A stretch of DNA of 64,000 nt from Candidatus Limnocylindrales bacterium (GTDB lineage: Bacteria > Chloroflexota > Limnocylindria > Limnocylindrales > CSP1-4), in assembly GCA_035699625.1 (NCBI GenBank), contig DASSPM010000159.1:11203-75202 (forward strand), given 5' to 3'. Below, one piece after another: positions 54,663-63,546 of this stretch; positions within the stretch are counted from its first letter, which is position 1, and each line of letters begins with the position of its first letter. A program made the translations under genes and the position numbers. Below the pieces are notes generated by a model. It saw nothing but the letters and a program-made list of their open reading frames with translations, did not search any database and was not told the origin of the DNA.

Positions 54663-55952
54663 TTACCAGCCGGAGGGCGCGACGCGTGTCGCCTCTTTGA
54701 CCGCGGCGGCATAGACGGCGCGCGTCTCGCGCGCCACGTCGTGCCACGTCCGCCGGGGCCCGCGGGCGCGCTTCTGGGCCGCCCGAGCGAGCTGCGTATG
54801 GATCCGCTCGTCCTGCCAGAAGGAGCGCAGCGCGGCCGCCAGGCGGGCCGGGTCGCGCGGCTCCACGACGATACCGGCGTTGCCCACGATCTCGGGCAGC
54901 GGCCCCGTGCGGGAGGCGATGACCGGCGTGCCCACGGCGAGCGCCTCGACGGTCGCCAGGCCGGTGCCCTCGCTGACGGCAGGGAAGACGAAGCCCCGGG
55001 CAGCTGCCTCCAGCGCGGCCAGGTCGGGTGGCGAGAGATACGGCGTGCGGCGCACCAGGTCGCCCACGCCGTTGCGCGCCGCGGCACGCGCCAGCGCCTC
55101 CGACTCGGCCTCGTCGCCGCCGGCCAGGACGACCACCGGCGGCCAGGGATCGGTGGCGCTGTCCGCAGCGGGGCGCTCCTCGCGCAGTGAGCGCAGCGCG
55201 GCGAAGAGCGTGCCCAGGTCCTTGCGCGCGTCGTAGCGGCCGGCGAAGACGAGGTAGCGCGCCGGCAGCCCGAGGCGCTGGCACACCTCGGCCGAACGCT
55301 CGGCCGCCGCCGGGCTGAAGGCGTCGTCGGCGGCCAGCGGGATGACCACGATGCGCTCGGCGCGGATGTGCACGCGCCGGCGGGCGCTCTCCGCGGTCGC
55401 CGTGGAGCAGACGATGAGTCGCGTCGCGTCACGCAGGATGCGTGCCCGCAGGCGGTGCCCGAAGCGCGCCGCCGCGCTGCGGGCATAGACGTCGGGCAGT
55501 TCCCACGGCGCCAGGTCGAGCAGCGTGGCCACGACCGGCAGGCGCGAGGCCAGGGGCACGGCGCCGCCGGCGGTGTGGTAGAGCGTGCCGGCCGCGCCGG
55601 ACGCGTCGGCGCCGACCCCGGTGCCGACCTCCGCGCCGCGCAGCAGAAAGGAGTCGAGCGTCAGGCCGCCCGAGCGCAGCAGCCGGGCCGTAGGCGGCAC
55701 GCGGCGGCGACCGGCCATGGGCAGGCCGAGCGCCTCGAGCTCGTCGGCGGGGTCGTCGCGCAGCGCGCGCAGCACCGCCACGAACGACTCCCCGGGCAGC
55801 GGCCGCTCCGCGAAGGCACGCAGCAGCCGGTCGAGGTAGGCCGCCGTGATGGGGGTCCGCTCCGGCTCCTGCAGCGGCCGCAGATCGATCACCACGCGCG
55901 TGCCGGGCGGCGGGGGCGCGTCTCGGGGCGCCAGCTCGGCCGGACGGGGCAT
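54663..55952 (-). CDS. glycosyltransferase family 4 (GT-B)
   Basis: The C-terminal FVFPAVSEGTGLATVEALAVGTPVIAS is the classical GT4 E-x7-E region. The ATG overlaps the ppm1 TGA by 1 nt. Confidence 0.85.
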   Translation of the reverse strand: MPRPAELAPRDAPPPPGTRVVIDLRPLQEPERTPITAAYLDRLLRAFAERPLPGESFVAVLRALRDDPADELEALGLPMAGRRRVPPTARLLRSGGLTLDSFLLRGAEVGTGVGADASGAAGTLYHTAGGAVPLASRLPVVATLLDLAPWELPDVYARSAAARFGHRLRARILRDATRLIVCSTATAESARRRVHIRAERIVVIPLAADDAFSPAAAERSAEVCQRLGLPARYLVFAGRYDARKDLGTLFAALRSLREERPAADSATDPWPPVVVLAGGDEAESEALARAAARNGVGDLVRRTPYLSPPDLAALEAAARGFVFPAVSEGTGLATVEALAVGTPVIASRTGPLPEIVGNAGIVVEPRDPARLAAALRSFWQDERIHTQLARAAQKRARGPRRTWHDVARETRAVYAAAVKEATRVAPSGW

Positions 55953-56830
55953 CAGTCGCCGGTGCCCGTCGCGCCCGACCCGGCGTTCGATCCGCCGGGC
56001 GTCGGCCGCCGCAGGCGGCGCCGGCGCAGCTCCTCCCAGCGCAGCCGGAGGACGACGAGCAGCGCCTCGAAGATGATGCGGCGGGACATCTTGCTGACGC
56101 CCACCCGGCGGTCGCTGAAGACGATGGGCACCTCGACCACGCGCGCGCCGGCGCGGCTGGCGAGGTAGGTCATCTCGATCTGGAAGACGTAGCCGCCCGA
56201 GTGGAGCCGCGGCCAGGGGATGGCAGCCAGGGTGGTCCGCCGCCAGGCCTTGAAACCGCCGGTCAGGTCGTGCGGCGTAAGACCCAATACGGTGCGGGCG
56301 AAGATGGAGCCGCCGCGCGAGACGACACGCCGGCCGAAGCCCCAGTCGCGCACGCCGCCGCCGCGAGCGTAGCGCGAGCCGATGACCAGGTCCGCGCCGG
56401 CCGGGTCCGGCGCGGACTCGCCGCCCACCAGCGCGTCGACCATGGCCGGCAGGTAGGCCGGGTCGTGCGACCAGTCGGCGTCCATCTGCACGATGCGCTC
56501 GGCGCCGCCGTCGAGGGCGACGCGGAAGCCGTCGACGTAGGCCCGCCCGAGGCCCTGCTTGCCGGGCCGGTGCAGGACGCGCACACGCGGCTCGCGGGCG
56601 GCGAGTGCGTCGGCGAGGTCGCCCGTGCCGTCCGGGGAGGCGTCATCCACGACGAGCAGCGTGGCGCCGGGGAGCTGCTCGAGGATGGCGGCCGCGATCG
56701 GCTCCAGGTTCTCGGCCTCGTTGAAGGTGGGCAACACGACCCACGTGTCGGCGTAGGGTCCTGCCGTGCGTGCAGCATCGGCCTCGGGCAGGGTTGCCAG
56801 GGGGCGGTCGGCCGGCGGGCTGTCGGTCAT
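55952..56830 (-). CDS. ppm1: polyprenol-monophosphomannose synthase (GT2, Ppm1/Dpm1-like)
   Basis: VVLPTFNEAENL...LLVVDDASPDGTGDLA...RPGKQGLGRAY..G...QMDADWSHDP...VIGSRY are GT2 DPM1-type motifs. Confidence 0.85.
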   Translation of the reverse strand: MTDSPPADRPLATLPEADAARTAGPYADTWVVLPTFNEAENLEPIAAAILEQLPGATLLVVDDASPDGTGDLADALAAREPRVRVLHRPGKQGLGRAYVDGFRVALDGGAERIVQMDADWSHDPAYLPAMVDALVGGESAPDPAGADLVIGSRYARGGGVRDWGFGRRVVSRGGSIFARTVLGLTPHDLTGGFKAWRRTTLAAIPWPRLHSGGYVFQIEMTYLASRAGARVVEVPIVFSDRRVGVSKMSRRIIFEALLVVLRLRWEELRRRRLRRPTPGGSNAGSGATGTGD

Positions 56831-56868
56831 GGGACCGTGAGTCTACCGGCGCCGGCCCGGGCCCGGCC

Positions 56869-59800
56869 TCAGCGGACGGTGAGCCCGACCGTCGTGGTGT
56901 TCCTCTGGCCGCCGGTGTCGAGGCCGCTGACCGTCACGCTGGCAGCCCCGGAGCCGCCGACGGCGATGGTGAAGCTCGCGCGGTAGCGCCCGTCGCTGCC
57001 CTTGATCGCGGTCACCGTGCGGGCACTGAGCCCGGATTGCTTGAGCGTCACGGTGGGCGCGGACTTGAGCGGTTCCGCTGTCGTCGCGATCACGGTCAAC
57101 ACGTCACCCGCGCTCGGCGTCGCGCTGGAGAGGCGGACGATGAACGCCGTCAGCGTGGTGGTGTGGGCCAGGATCTGCTTGCCCAGGCCCGACGAGGCAT
57201 AGAGGCGCAGGCCATATGTGCCCGGAGCAACCAGCCGACCGTACGCATCTCGGCCGTCCCAGGTCCACTTCCAGGTACCGGCTGCGAGGCGCCTCGCTGA
57301 CCACGCGGTACGCACGACGCTGCCATCGGCGCGCACGACCCGCAGGGTCGTGGTGGCCGTCCGCGTGAGTCGGAAGCTGATGCTGCTGGTCTTCGCCAGG
57401 GCATCGCCATCCTGCGGGTACCAGAGTCGCGGCGTGGCGCGTAGGAAGCCGGCGGTGCGGTCGACCATGACGTAGCCGATGAGCGTGGCGCGGTTGCCGG
57501 CCGGATCGACGATGCGCGCCAGCAGCGTGTAGCTGCCCTCGGCGACGAGGCGGCCGTAGCCGTCGCGGCCGTCCCAGCGGAAGGTGCCACCCGTGCCCCA
57601 GCCGATCTTGGTGTAGCGCACGGTGGCGGTGCCACGCTTGATGTAGAGCGTGCCGGCCGCCCGCTCGCCGAAGGACCAGCGCAGGTCGGCCTGGTCCTGG
57701 AAGCCGTCGCCGTTGGGCGAGAATGCGTTCGGAGTGGCCCAGCCGATGGCGCCCACGGCGCTGGCCGAGAGGCTGCCGGTCGGGCGGATCGTATCGACGA
57801 CCAGGGACCGGCTGCGAAGCGCGCTGTTACCGACGCCATCGGTGGCTGTGACGCGGGCCGTGTAGGTCCCGTCTGCCACGCGCGTCCCCGGGCCATCACG
57901 ACCGTCCCACGTGGCGGCGATGGTGCCGCCACTGCCGGCGAAGCTGCGCACGATCCGCGAACCTGCCAGGAGCTCGACTCGCCAGGTGGCTGCGCCGCCG
58001 GCAGTGGCGCTGATGCGCGTCAGGTCCTTGTAGCCATCGCCGTTGGGGGAGAAGGCACCGTAGGTGGCGGCGGGCGCGGTCAGGGTCGGCGGCACGGTGT
58101 CCACGGTCACGACCAGGGCGGTCAGCGGCAGCGTCGGGTCGGTCATGTCCGGTGCCGGCACGGCGTAGCTGAGGCCGGCCTTGACGCCCACGAGCTGGAT
58201 GAGGATCGTGCCGTCAGGCACGACGCTGCCGCCGAGCCGGCCGTCCCAGTCGAAGCTATGGTCGCCGCCGCGCAGGCCCGGCAGGGCAAGGCTGCCGAGC
58301 AGAGCCCGATCCGAGGCGCGGTAGACGCGCAGCGTCAGGCTGTCCATGGTGTGGCTCAGGTGGTAATTGATGCGCAGGGCGTCGCGCAAGCCGTCTCCGT
58401 TGGGGGAGAAGGCGTGCGGCCCGTTCACCGGGTCAGCCAGGCTGGAGGCGGAACGGAGCGTCGCCGACGCGACCGGACCCATGGTCAGCCCCGACAGCTC
58501 GGCCCGCACGAGCGTGGCGTTGGGCGACTGGGCGGCGACCACGAAGGCCGTGCTGCCGTCGCTCACCGCGACCCAGCCCCGCTTGGTCGCGCTCGACACC
58601 GGCGCCCATTCGGAGAGCGGCCCATCGACCAGGTACCAGGTGTAGCCGTCGGCGGCACGCGGGCCGTCGAGGATCGCAACCAGGTTGCCGGAGGCGAGAC
58701 TGCCCACGCTCAGCGAGGAGGCGTCGGGCGAGGCGCGCATCGCGCGGCTCGACACTGTCCGGCCGAACGCGCCCAGGGCGATCGCTGGGGCAGCCACGTG
58801 GTTCGCGGTCACCGCCCAGGCACCCCAGTTGCCCTTCCCGTCGCGGGCGCGGGTGCGGAAGGCATAGGTGTGACCGGTGCGTGCGAGATAGGTGCCGCTC
58901 CCGTGGGTCGTGCTCGTCAGCCAGGCCGTCCAGCTGCCGCCATCGACCGAGACCTGCACATCGTGGGCAGTCACGCCGGTCCAGTCGTCGACCGCGGTCC
59001 AGTCGACCCGGATGCCCTCCTGCGTGCTCGTGGCCGGCAGAAGCTTGATGCCCGCCCGCGGCGGGGTCGTGTCGTTGAGGAACTTCGCCCGCAGGCCGGC
59101 GCTGAGCTCGGTCCGGCTGCCGTCGTAGCCGAGCGCCCAGATGCCGGCGCCCCGCAGGCCCAGTCGGTTGATCAGGTCGTACTTGGCGGCCAGGCTCTGG
59201 CTGTCGTCGTAGTAGAGCTCCCGCCAGGTGGCCGGGCAGCTGGAGCAGGCGTTGTACTGGTAGACCGACCAGGCCGACTGCTCCTTCGAGTCGTAGCGGC
59301 GGCCCTTCTCCACCGCCAGCGAGTAGGCGGTCGAGTAGACGGCGGTGTTGGAGTAGCCGTAGCTGGAGCTCCCGGCCCGGGTCGGCGCGTTCGGGTCGCT
59401 GGTCGTGGTCGACCAGGCCCGGCCGTACCAGGGCAGGCCGAGGATGATCTTGCTGGCGCTCGTCTTGGCCAGGTAGGCCTGGACCGTGTCGGTCAGGTCG
59501 TAGCCGCTGCTGCTCAGGGGGGCGATGGACCCGGCGCGCGACGAGCTGGCGGTGCGGTAGTCGTAGCCCATGATGAAGACCGCGTCGGCCGCGCCGGAGG
59601 CGGTCAGGGCAGTGATGTCGTAGTTGCCGATCCAGCCGGTCGAGTCGAAGGTCAGCTGGTAACCGGCGGCCTTCGCGTCGAGCGCGGCGCGCACCTGCCG
59701 CACGAAGGTCACGAAGTTCGCACCCTGGCCGCTGGGCAGCGGCTCGAAGTCGAGGTTGACGCCGTCGGCGCCGCGGTCGCGCACGGCGGCGGCGATCTCG

Positions 59801-60723
59801 TTGGCCAGCGTCTGGCGCGCCGTCGAGCTCGAGAGGAGGGCGATCGTGTCCTCGGTCTGGCTGGTGGTCCAGGCGAAGCGCTGCACCGTCAGCACCACGC
59901 GGGTGCCGGCGGCGTGGGCGTCGTTCATGACCGTGGTCAGGCGGCTGCTCGTCCAGCCGGACCAGCCCACGGTCGTGGCGCCGCTGCTGTCCTTCTTGAT
60001 GAGGTGGCCCGAGCGGCTGGCGCCGACGCCGAAGTAGGCGATGGTCGAGAGCGAGGCGTAGTCGAGCCGCGTGGTCGAGTCCGACAGCTCCCAGTAGGGC
60101 AGGAAGCCGAAGACCTCGCGGTGCAGGCCTGTCGGGCCCACGGGGGTCGCGTCGACGACCGTCGCGTCGGTCCGCTCATAGGCGGGCCGGCCGGCTCCGT
60201 CACCGAGTCGGATATCGGCGTCGGCGGGGGGCTCGACCGGCGCCGCGGTGGCCTCCTGCGTGCTTGCACCGTCGCCTGCGGGCGCGACCGGCTCGGCCGG
60301 CAGCTTCGTCGTGCCGTTCCGCTGGCGCTCCAGCTGCCGGCCGCTGGCGCGTGCCGCCGGGAGGGCCCTGGGCAGCTCACCGCCGACCGTCCAGCGGTCG
60401 CCGCGGCGCGGCCGGAAGGGGACACTCACCGCGTCGCCGGGCGTGAAGTCGGGCCGGTCGGCGGCGTGCCGCTGGGCGTCCTCGTAGTGGATCGTGGGCA
60501 GCAGCTCCGCGGCGGCCTCGGGGGCTGGCGGGGCGGCCTGGTCGAGCCGTGTGGCTGAGTCCGGCCGACGCGCCTCGCCGGGCACCACCTGCGCGGGCGT
60601 GCCGGCGCCTGCGGCGGCGCCCACGGGCCGGGCCACGGCAGCGCCGGGCATCAGCAGCGAGAGGGCAGCGACGACGCCGAGGGCGGTCGACGGATGGCGC
60701 AGGGGCACGAGGCTCTCCTCCAT
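56869..60723 (-). CDS. large secreted multidomain protein: GH18 (YaaH/CFLE-like) plus Fn3-like, SH3b-like, four FlgD-Ig-like modules and a C-terminal Ig-like domain
   Basis: ATG 60723 (MEESLVPLRH..., signal peptide ALSLLMPGAAVA) gives 1284 aa. GH18 core FGFLPYWE...GADGVNLDFE...FIMGYDY...LGLPWYGRAW. FSPNGDG occurs three times, and W.W.DGRD..G..V..GTY modules are present. Confidence 0.85.
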   Translation of the reverse strand: MEESLVPLRHPSTALGVVAALSLLMPGAAVARPVGAAAGAGTPAQVVPGEARRPDSATRLDQAAPPAPEAAAELLPTIHYEDAQRHAADRPDFTPGDAVSVPFRPRRGDRWTVGGELPRALPAARASGRQLERQRNGTTKLPAEPVAPAGDGASTQEATAAPVEPPADADIRLGDGAGRPAYERTDATVVDATPVGPTGLHREVFGFLPYWELSDSTTRLDYASLSTIAYFGVGASRSGHLIKKDSSGATTVGWSGWTSSRLTTVMNDAHAAGTRVVLTVQRFAWTTSQTEDTIALLSSSTARQTLANEIAAAVRDRGADGVNLDFEPLPSGQGANFVTFVRQVRAALDAKAAGYQLTFDSTGWIGNYDITALTASGAADAVFIMGYDYRTASSSRAGSIAPLSSSGYDLTDTVQAYLAKTSASKIILGLPWYGRAWSTTTSDPNAPTRAGSSSYGYSNTAVYSTAYSLAVEKGRRYDSKEQSAWSVYQYNACSSCPATWRELYYDDSQSLAAKYDLINRLGLRGAGIWALGYDGSRTELSAGLRAKFLNDTTPPRAGIKLLPATSTQEGIRVDWTAVDDWTGVTAHDVQVSVDGGSWTAWLTSTTHGSGTYLARTGHTYAFRTRARDGKGNWGAWAVTANHVAAPAIALGAFGRTVSSRAMRASPDASSLSVGSLASGNLVAILDGPRAADGYTWYLVDGPLSEWAPVSSATKRGWVAVSDGSTAFVVAAQSPNATLVRAELSGLTMGPVASATLRSASSLADPVNGPHAFSPNGDGLRDALRINYHLSHTMDSLTLRVYRASDRALLGSLALPGLRGGDHSFDWDGRLGGSVVPDGTILIQLVGVKAGLSYAVPAPDMTDPTLPLTALVVTVDTVPPTLTAPAATYGAFSPNGDGYKDLTRISATAGGAATWRVELLAGSRIVRSFAGSGGTIAATWDGRDGPGTRVADGTYTARVTATDGVGNSALRSRSLVVDTIRPTGSLSASAVGAIGWATPNAFSPNGDGFQDQADLRWSFGERAAGTLYIKRGTATVRYTKIGWGTGGTFRWDGRDGYGRLVAEGSYTLLARIVDPAGNRATLIGYVMVDRTAGFLRATPRLWYPQDGDALAKTSSISFRLTRTATTTLRVVRADGSVVRTAWSARRLAAGTWKWTWDGRDAYGRLVAPGTYGLRLYASSGLGKQILAHTTTLTAFIVRLSSATPSAGDVLTVIATTAEPLKSAPTVTLKQSGLSARTVTAIKGSDGRYRASFTIAVGGSGAASVTVSGLDTGGQRNTTTVGLTVR

Positions 60724-60923
60724 CGCTCCACGCCTCCGGCCGTCCCTTCGACCGGAGCGCGGGTGCGGCCGAGCCGGGTGACGGGCGCCGGGCTCGAGGA
60801 GCGCCCTGCAAGACCAGACCTGACCGAGATCCGGGCCGCGCCGCCGACCTGGCGGGCGATACGGCATCGGACTCCGGACGAGCATACGCCGGGTGCATCG
60901 GCGGTCAATGGGCCGATGGTCCC

Positions 60924-60963
60924 GGTGTGGCGTGGTACGGGGTGGTCTGGTGCGGTGCGGTGC
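60924..60963. repeat. pentanucleotide-periodic GGTNN tract (8 units)
   Basis: The units are ggtgt ggcgt ggtac ggggt ggtct ggtgc ggtgc ggtgc. The tract lies in the intergenic region upstream of the GH18 gene and is C/A-rich on the transcribed strand. Confidence 0.6.
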
Positions 60964-60971
60964 ACCGCCGC

Positions 60972-60993
60972 GCCTGCTCGCGAGCCAGCAGGC
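60972..60993 (-). terminator. stem-loop just downstream of the 796-aa gene (candidate terminator, no U-tract)
   Basis: GCCTGCT (60972-60978) / AGCAGGC (60987-60993) form a 7-bp stem with an 8-nt loop, starting 7 nt after the stop at 61000. Confidence 0.4.
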
Positions 60994-60999
60994 CTGGCG

Positions 61000-63390
61000 T
61001 CAGTGCAGGGGCAGTCCGATCGTCGTGGCCTGCGAGCGGTAGCCCGTGTCGATGCCGTAGGCACGCAGGAGTAGCTTCCCGGTGGTGCCGCCCGTCTTGA
61101 GCGTGAACGTGACACGGTACTTGTAGGTCGAAAGCTTCGTCGTCCTGAGCACATAGGCGGTCAGACCCGGCTGGGTGACGCGCAGTGTGGGGTTCCTGGA
61201 GAGCGGCTCGGCGCTGATCAGCGTGACCGTGATGCGCTGGCCGCGGGCCGGCGTGGTGTCCGAGGCGATGACCCGGAAGGCGCTCAAGACGACCGCCTTG
61301 CGGATGGCGATCGTGCCTTCTGGCGTCGTCGCCGTGGCCACCGCGACATAGACGCCGTCCCGCACGTAGGCGCCCGTGGAGTCCTTGCCGAACCAGCTCC
61401 AGGCGTAGGTGCCGGCCGTCGTGGCGCGTTCTGCCCAGCGCGTCGCTACCGTCCGGCCGGCGCTGTCGAGCACTCGCCAGGTGACGCTGGCCGGTCGTGT
61501 GAGCGTGATGCGGAAGGTCGTGTAGGGTGCCAGTGAGTCACGGTCGCGGGCGTAGAAGAGGACGCGCGACGCGGTCGGCGAGCGGAGCGCGGTCAGGATG
61601 CGGGCGGTGGCCTGCGCCGAGGCCCCGCTATTGCCCGCCACATCGACCGGGGTGATGGTCAGGCCGTAGGTCCCATCGGCCAGGAGCCCGCTGGCGTCGA
61701 CCTTGCCGTCCCAGGCGGACGTGCCGGGCCCGGACGCGGCAAGAAGCGTCCGGGAGCCTGCCGCCGCGCCGGCCGAGTCGGTCACGGCAAGACGCAGGTC
61801 GGCTGGCTCGGAGAGGTCATAGCCGATGGGCAGCGTGTCGAGGATGCCGTCGCCGTTGGGCGAGAAGGTGGGCGGGCTGGGCTCGCCGGCGGTCGTGACC
61901 GTGACGCTGCTGCCGCCGACGGCCAGCGTGGCCATCGTCGGCGCCACGGTGTCAAGGCGGATCGTGGCCAAAGACTCATCGCCCACGTTGCCCCAGGCAT
62001 CGGTGGAGACGACGCTGACGCGGTAGGTGCCGTCGGGCTGGATGGTCGAGCCGCTGGTCCCGTTCCAGGCGACCTGCGCCACCTGCCCACTGCCGGTGTA
62101 GCTCTTGAGCGTGCGGCCGTCGAGGCGCTGGAACCGGACCCACCATGTGCCGGCCTCGCTGAACTCGACCCGCACGGGCAGCGTGTCGAGCGTACCGTCG
62201 CCATTGGGTGAGAAGGCGCCTCGACCGGTGTCGATGCGCCAGGCACGGGGCCCGGTCGAGTCCGCCGGATCGAGGCTGGCCGCGGCCGCCCAACCAGCCA
62301 CGGGCGAGTCGAGCCGGAACCAGGGCTGACCATCCGGACCGCTCACCGGCCCTTCGGCCAAGCGGACGGCGGTGCCGGCCGCCAGCGTGCCCGTCACGTT
62401 CGCGCCGGCCGGCGCATCCATCACCTTGGCCGGCGCCGGCAAGGAGGGATCGACGACGGCCGCGCCGGGCACGACGAAGTCGGCCGGCGTCGTATCGGTG
62501 TTCGCGAAGGGGGCGCCGGTGACCTGGTCGGCGGTCAGGCCGAGGTTGCCCACGACGGAGCGGTAGTAGGTCGTGGCGTCGGCCGGATCCATGTGCACCT
62601 GGTATCCGGGGGTGCGCACCGAGCCGAAGCGGATATCGCGGCCGCCGATGTAGCCCGTGCCCATGAAGATCTCGTCCATGGTGCGGTGGGTCGTCATCAG
62701 GTCGCGGATGACGGGCGCCACGCTCTGGTACCCGTAGGCGAAGACGGCGCGCGCGCCGGCGCGGAGGAAGCCGGCGGCGTAGTTGTCGACGCGCTGCTTG
62801 GCCACGCTCTGCGTCGGGGCGGCATGGCCCGGCTCGCTGTTGCCGCTGGCGTAACAGAGGTGGTTGAGCAGCACGACCGCGTTCGGCGCCAGGCGCACGT
62901 TCGCGGCGATGGGGCCCTCGCCGTAGTACTTGACCGTGTTCTCGGAGCCGCCCGCGATCGGGTTGAGGCCCATGCCGTCCTTCGTCTCGGTCTGGAACGG
63001 GCTATAGGGGCTGGGCCAACCGTTGCCGTGGCCGAGGTAGACGACGATGCTCGCGCCCTGGATGTTGTCGAGGACCGCCGACCACGTGGCGCGCGGGTGG
63101 AAGACGCGGCGCACGTCGAGGCCGTACGAGGCTGCCAGCTGGGCGAGTGCCTCGCCGCGCGAGAGGTTGGAGGCGGTCAGGCCGTGGGTCGGGCCGACGA
63201 TGATGACCGCCTTGAGCCGCGCCGCAGCCTGCGTCGTCCCGGGCAGGCCGGGCAGCGCCGGCAGCAGGATGGCCACCACGAGCGCCACGAGCGCCAGCGG
63301 CAGGCGCGTGGTCCGAAGGCGGCGGGCGGTGGCGGCGGGCGCGTCCGGCAATGCTTCTCCCCGGGATCGCTCAGGCGCGTCGATCGACAC
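61000..63390 (-). CDS. large secreted protein: putative His/Cys peptidase-like head, SH3b-like domain, three FlgD-Ig-like modules and a C-terminal Ig-like domain (paralogous tail to 56869-60723)
   Basis: GTG 63390. Signal peptide LALVALVVAILLPALPGLPGTTQAAA. Head motifs IVVYLGHGNG and AVVLLNHLCYASG. FSPNGDG occurs twice. The C-terminal roughly 330 aa are collinear with the GH18 protein tail. Confidence 0.82.
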   Translation of the reverse strand: MSIDAPERSRGEALPDAPAATARRLRTTRLPLALVALVVAILLPALPGLPGTTQAAARLKAVIIVGPTHGLTASNLSRGEALAQLAASYGLDVRRVFHPRATWSAVLDNIQGASIVVYLGHGNGWPSPYSPFQTETKDGMGLNPIAGGSENTVKYYGEGPIAANVRLAPNAVVLLNHLCYASGNSEPGHAAPTQSVAKQRVDNYAAGFLRAGARAVFAYGYQSVAPVIRDLMTTHRTMDEIFMGTGYIGGRDIRFGSVRTPGYQVHMDPADATTYYRSVVGNLGLTADQVTGAPFANTDTTPADFVVPGAAVVDPSLPAPAKVMDAPAGANVTGTLAAGTAVRLAEGPVSGPDGQPWFRLDSPVAGWAAAASLDPADSTGPRAWRIDTGRGAFSPNGDGTLDTLPVRVEFSEAGTWWVRFQRLDGRTLKSYTGSGQVAQVAWNGTSGSTIQPDGTYRVSVVSTDAWGNVGDESLATIRLDTVAPTMATLAVGGSSVTVTTAGEPSPPTFSPNGDGILDTLPIGYDLSEPADLRLAVTDSAGAAAGSRTLLAASGPGTSAWDGKVDASGLLADGTYGLTITPVDVAGNSGASAQATARILTALRSPTASRVLFYARDRDSLAPYTTFRITLTRPASVTWRVLDSAGRTVATRWAERATTAGTYAWSWFGKDSTGAYVRDGVYVAVATATTPEGTIAIRKAVVLSAFRVIASDTTPARGQRITVTLISAEPLSRNPTLRVTQPGLTAYVLRTTKLSTYKYRVTFTLKTGGTTGKLLLRAYGIDTGYRSQATTIGLPLH

Positions 63391-63546
63391 GCTCGGATGA
63401 GTGCTGCCAGAAGCCTCGCCGCCAGCAGCCCGGATGGGTATGCCGCGATGGTCCCGCGACGCCTAGCCACATCGAGCCAGGGACTACGTATGGCACGATG
63501 AGGGTGGCCGCCCGGGATCCGGCCGTCGTCCGTCGCAGGGGAACCG

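Noticed and set aside
58258-60558. 766-aa ORF on the plus strand
   Set aside because: It lies entirely antisense to the GH18 multidomain gene, whose motifs are unambiguous. It is a shadow ORF.
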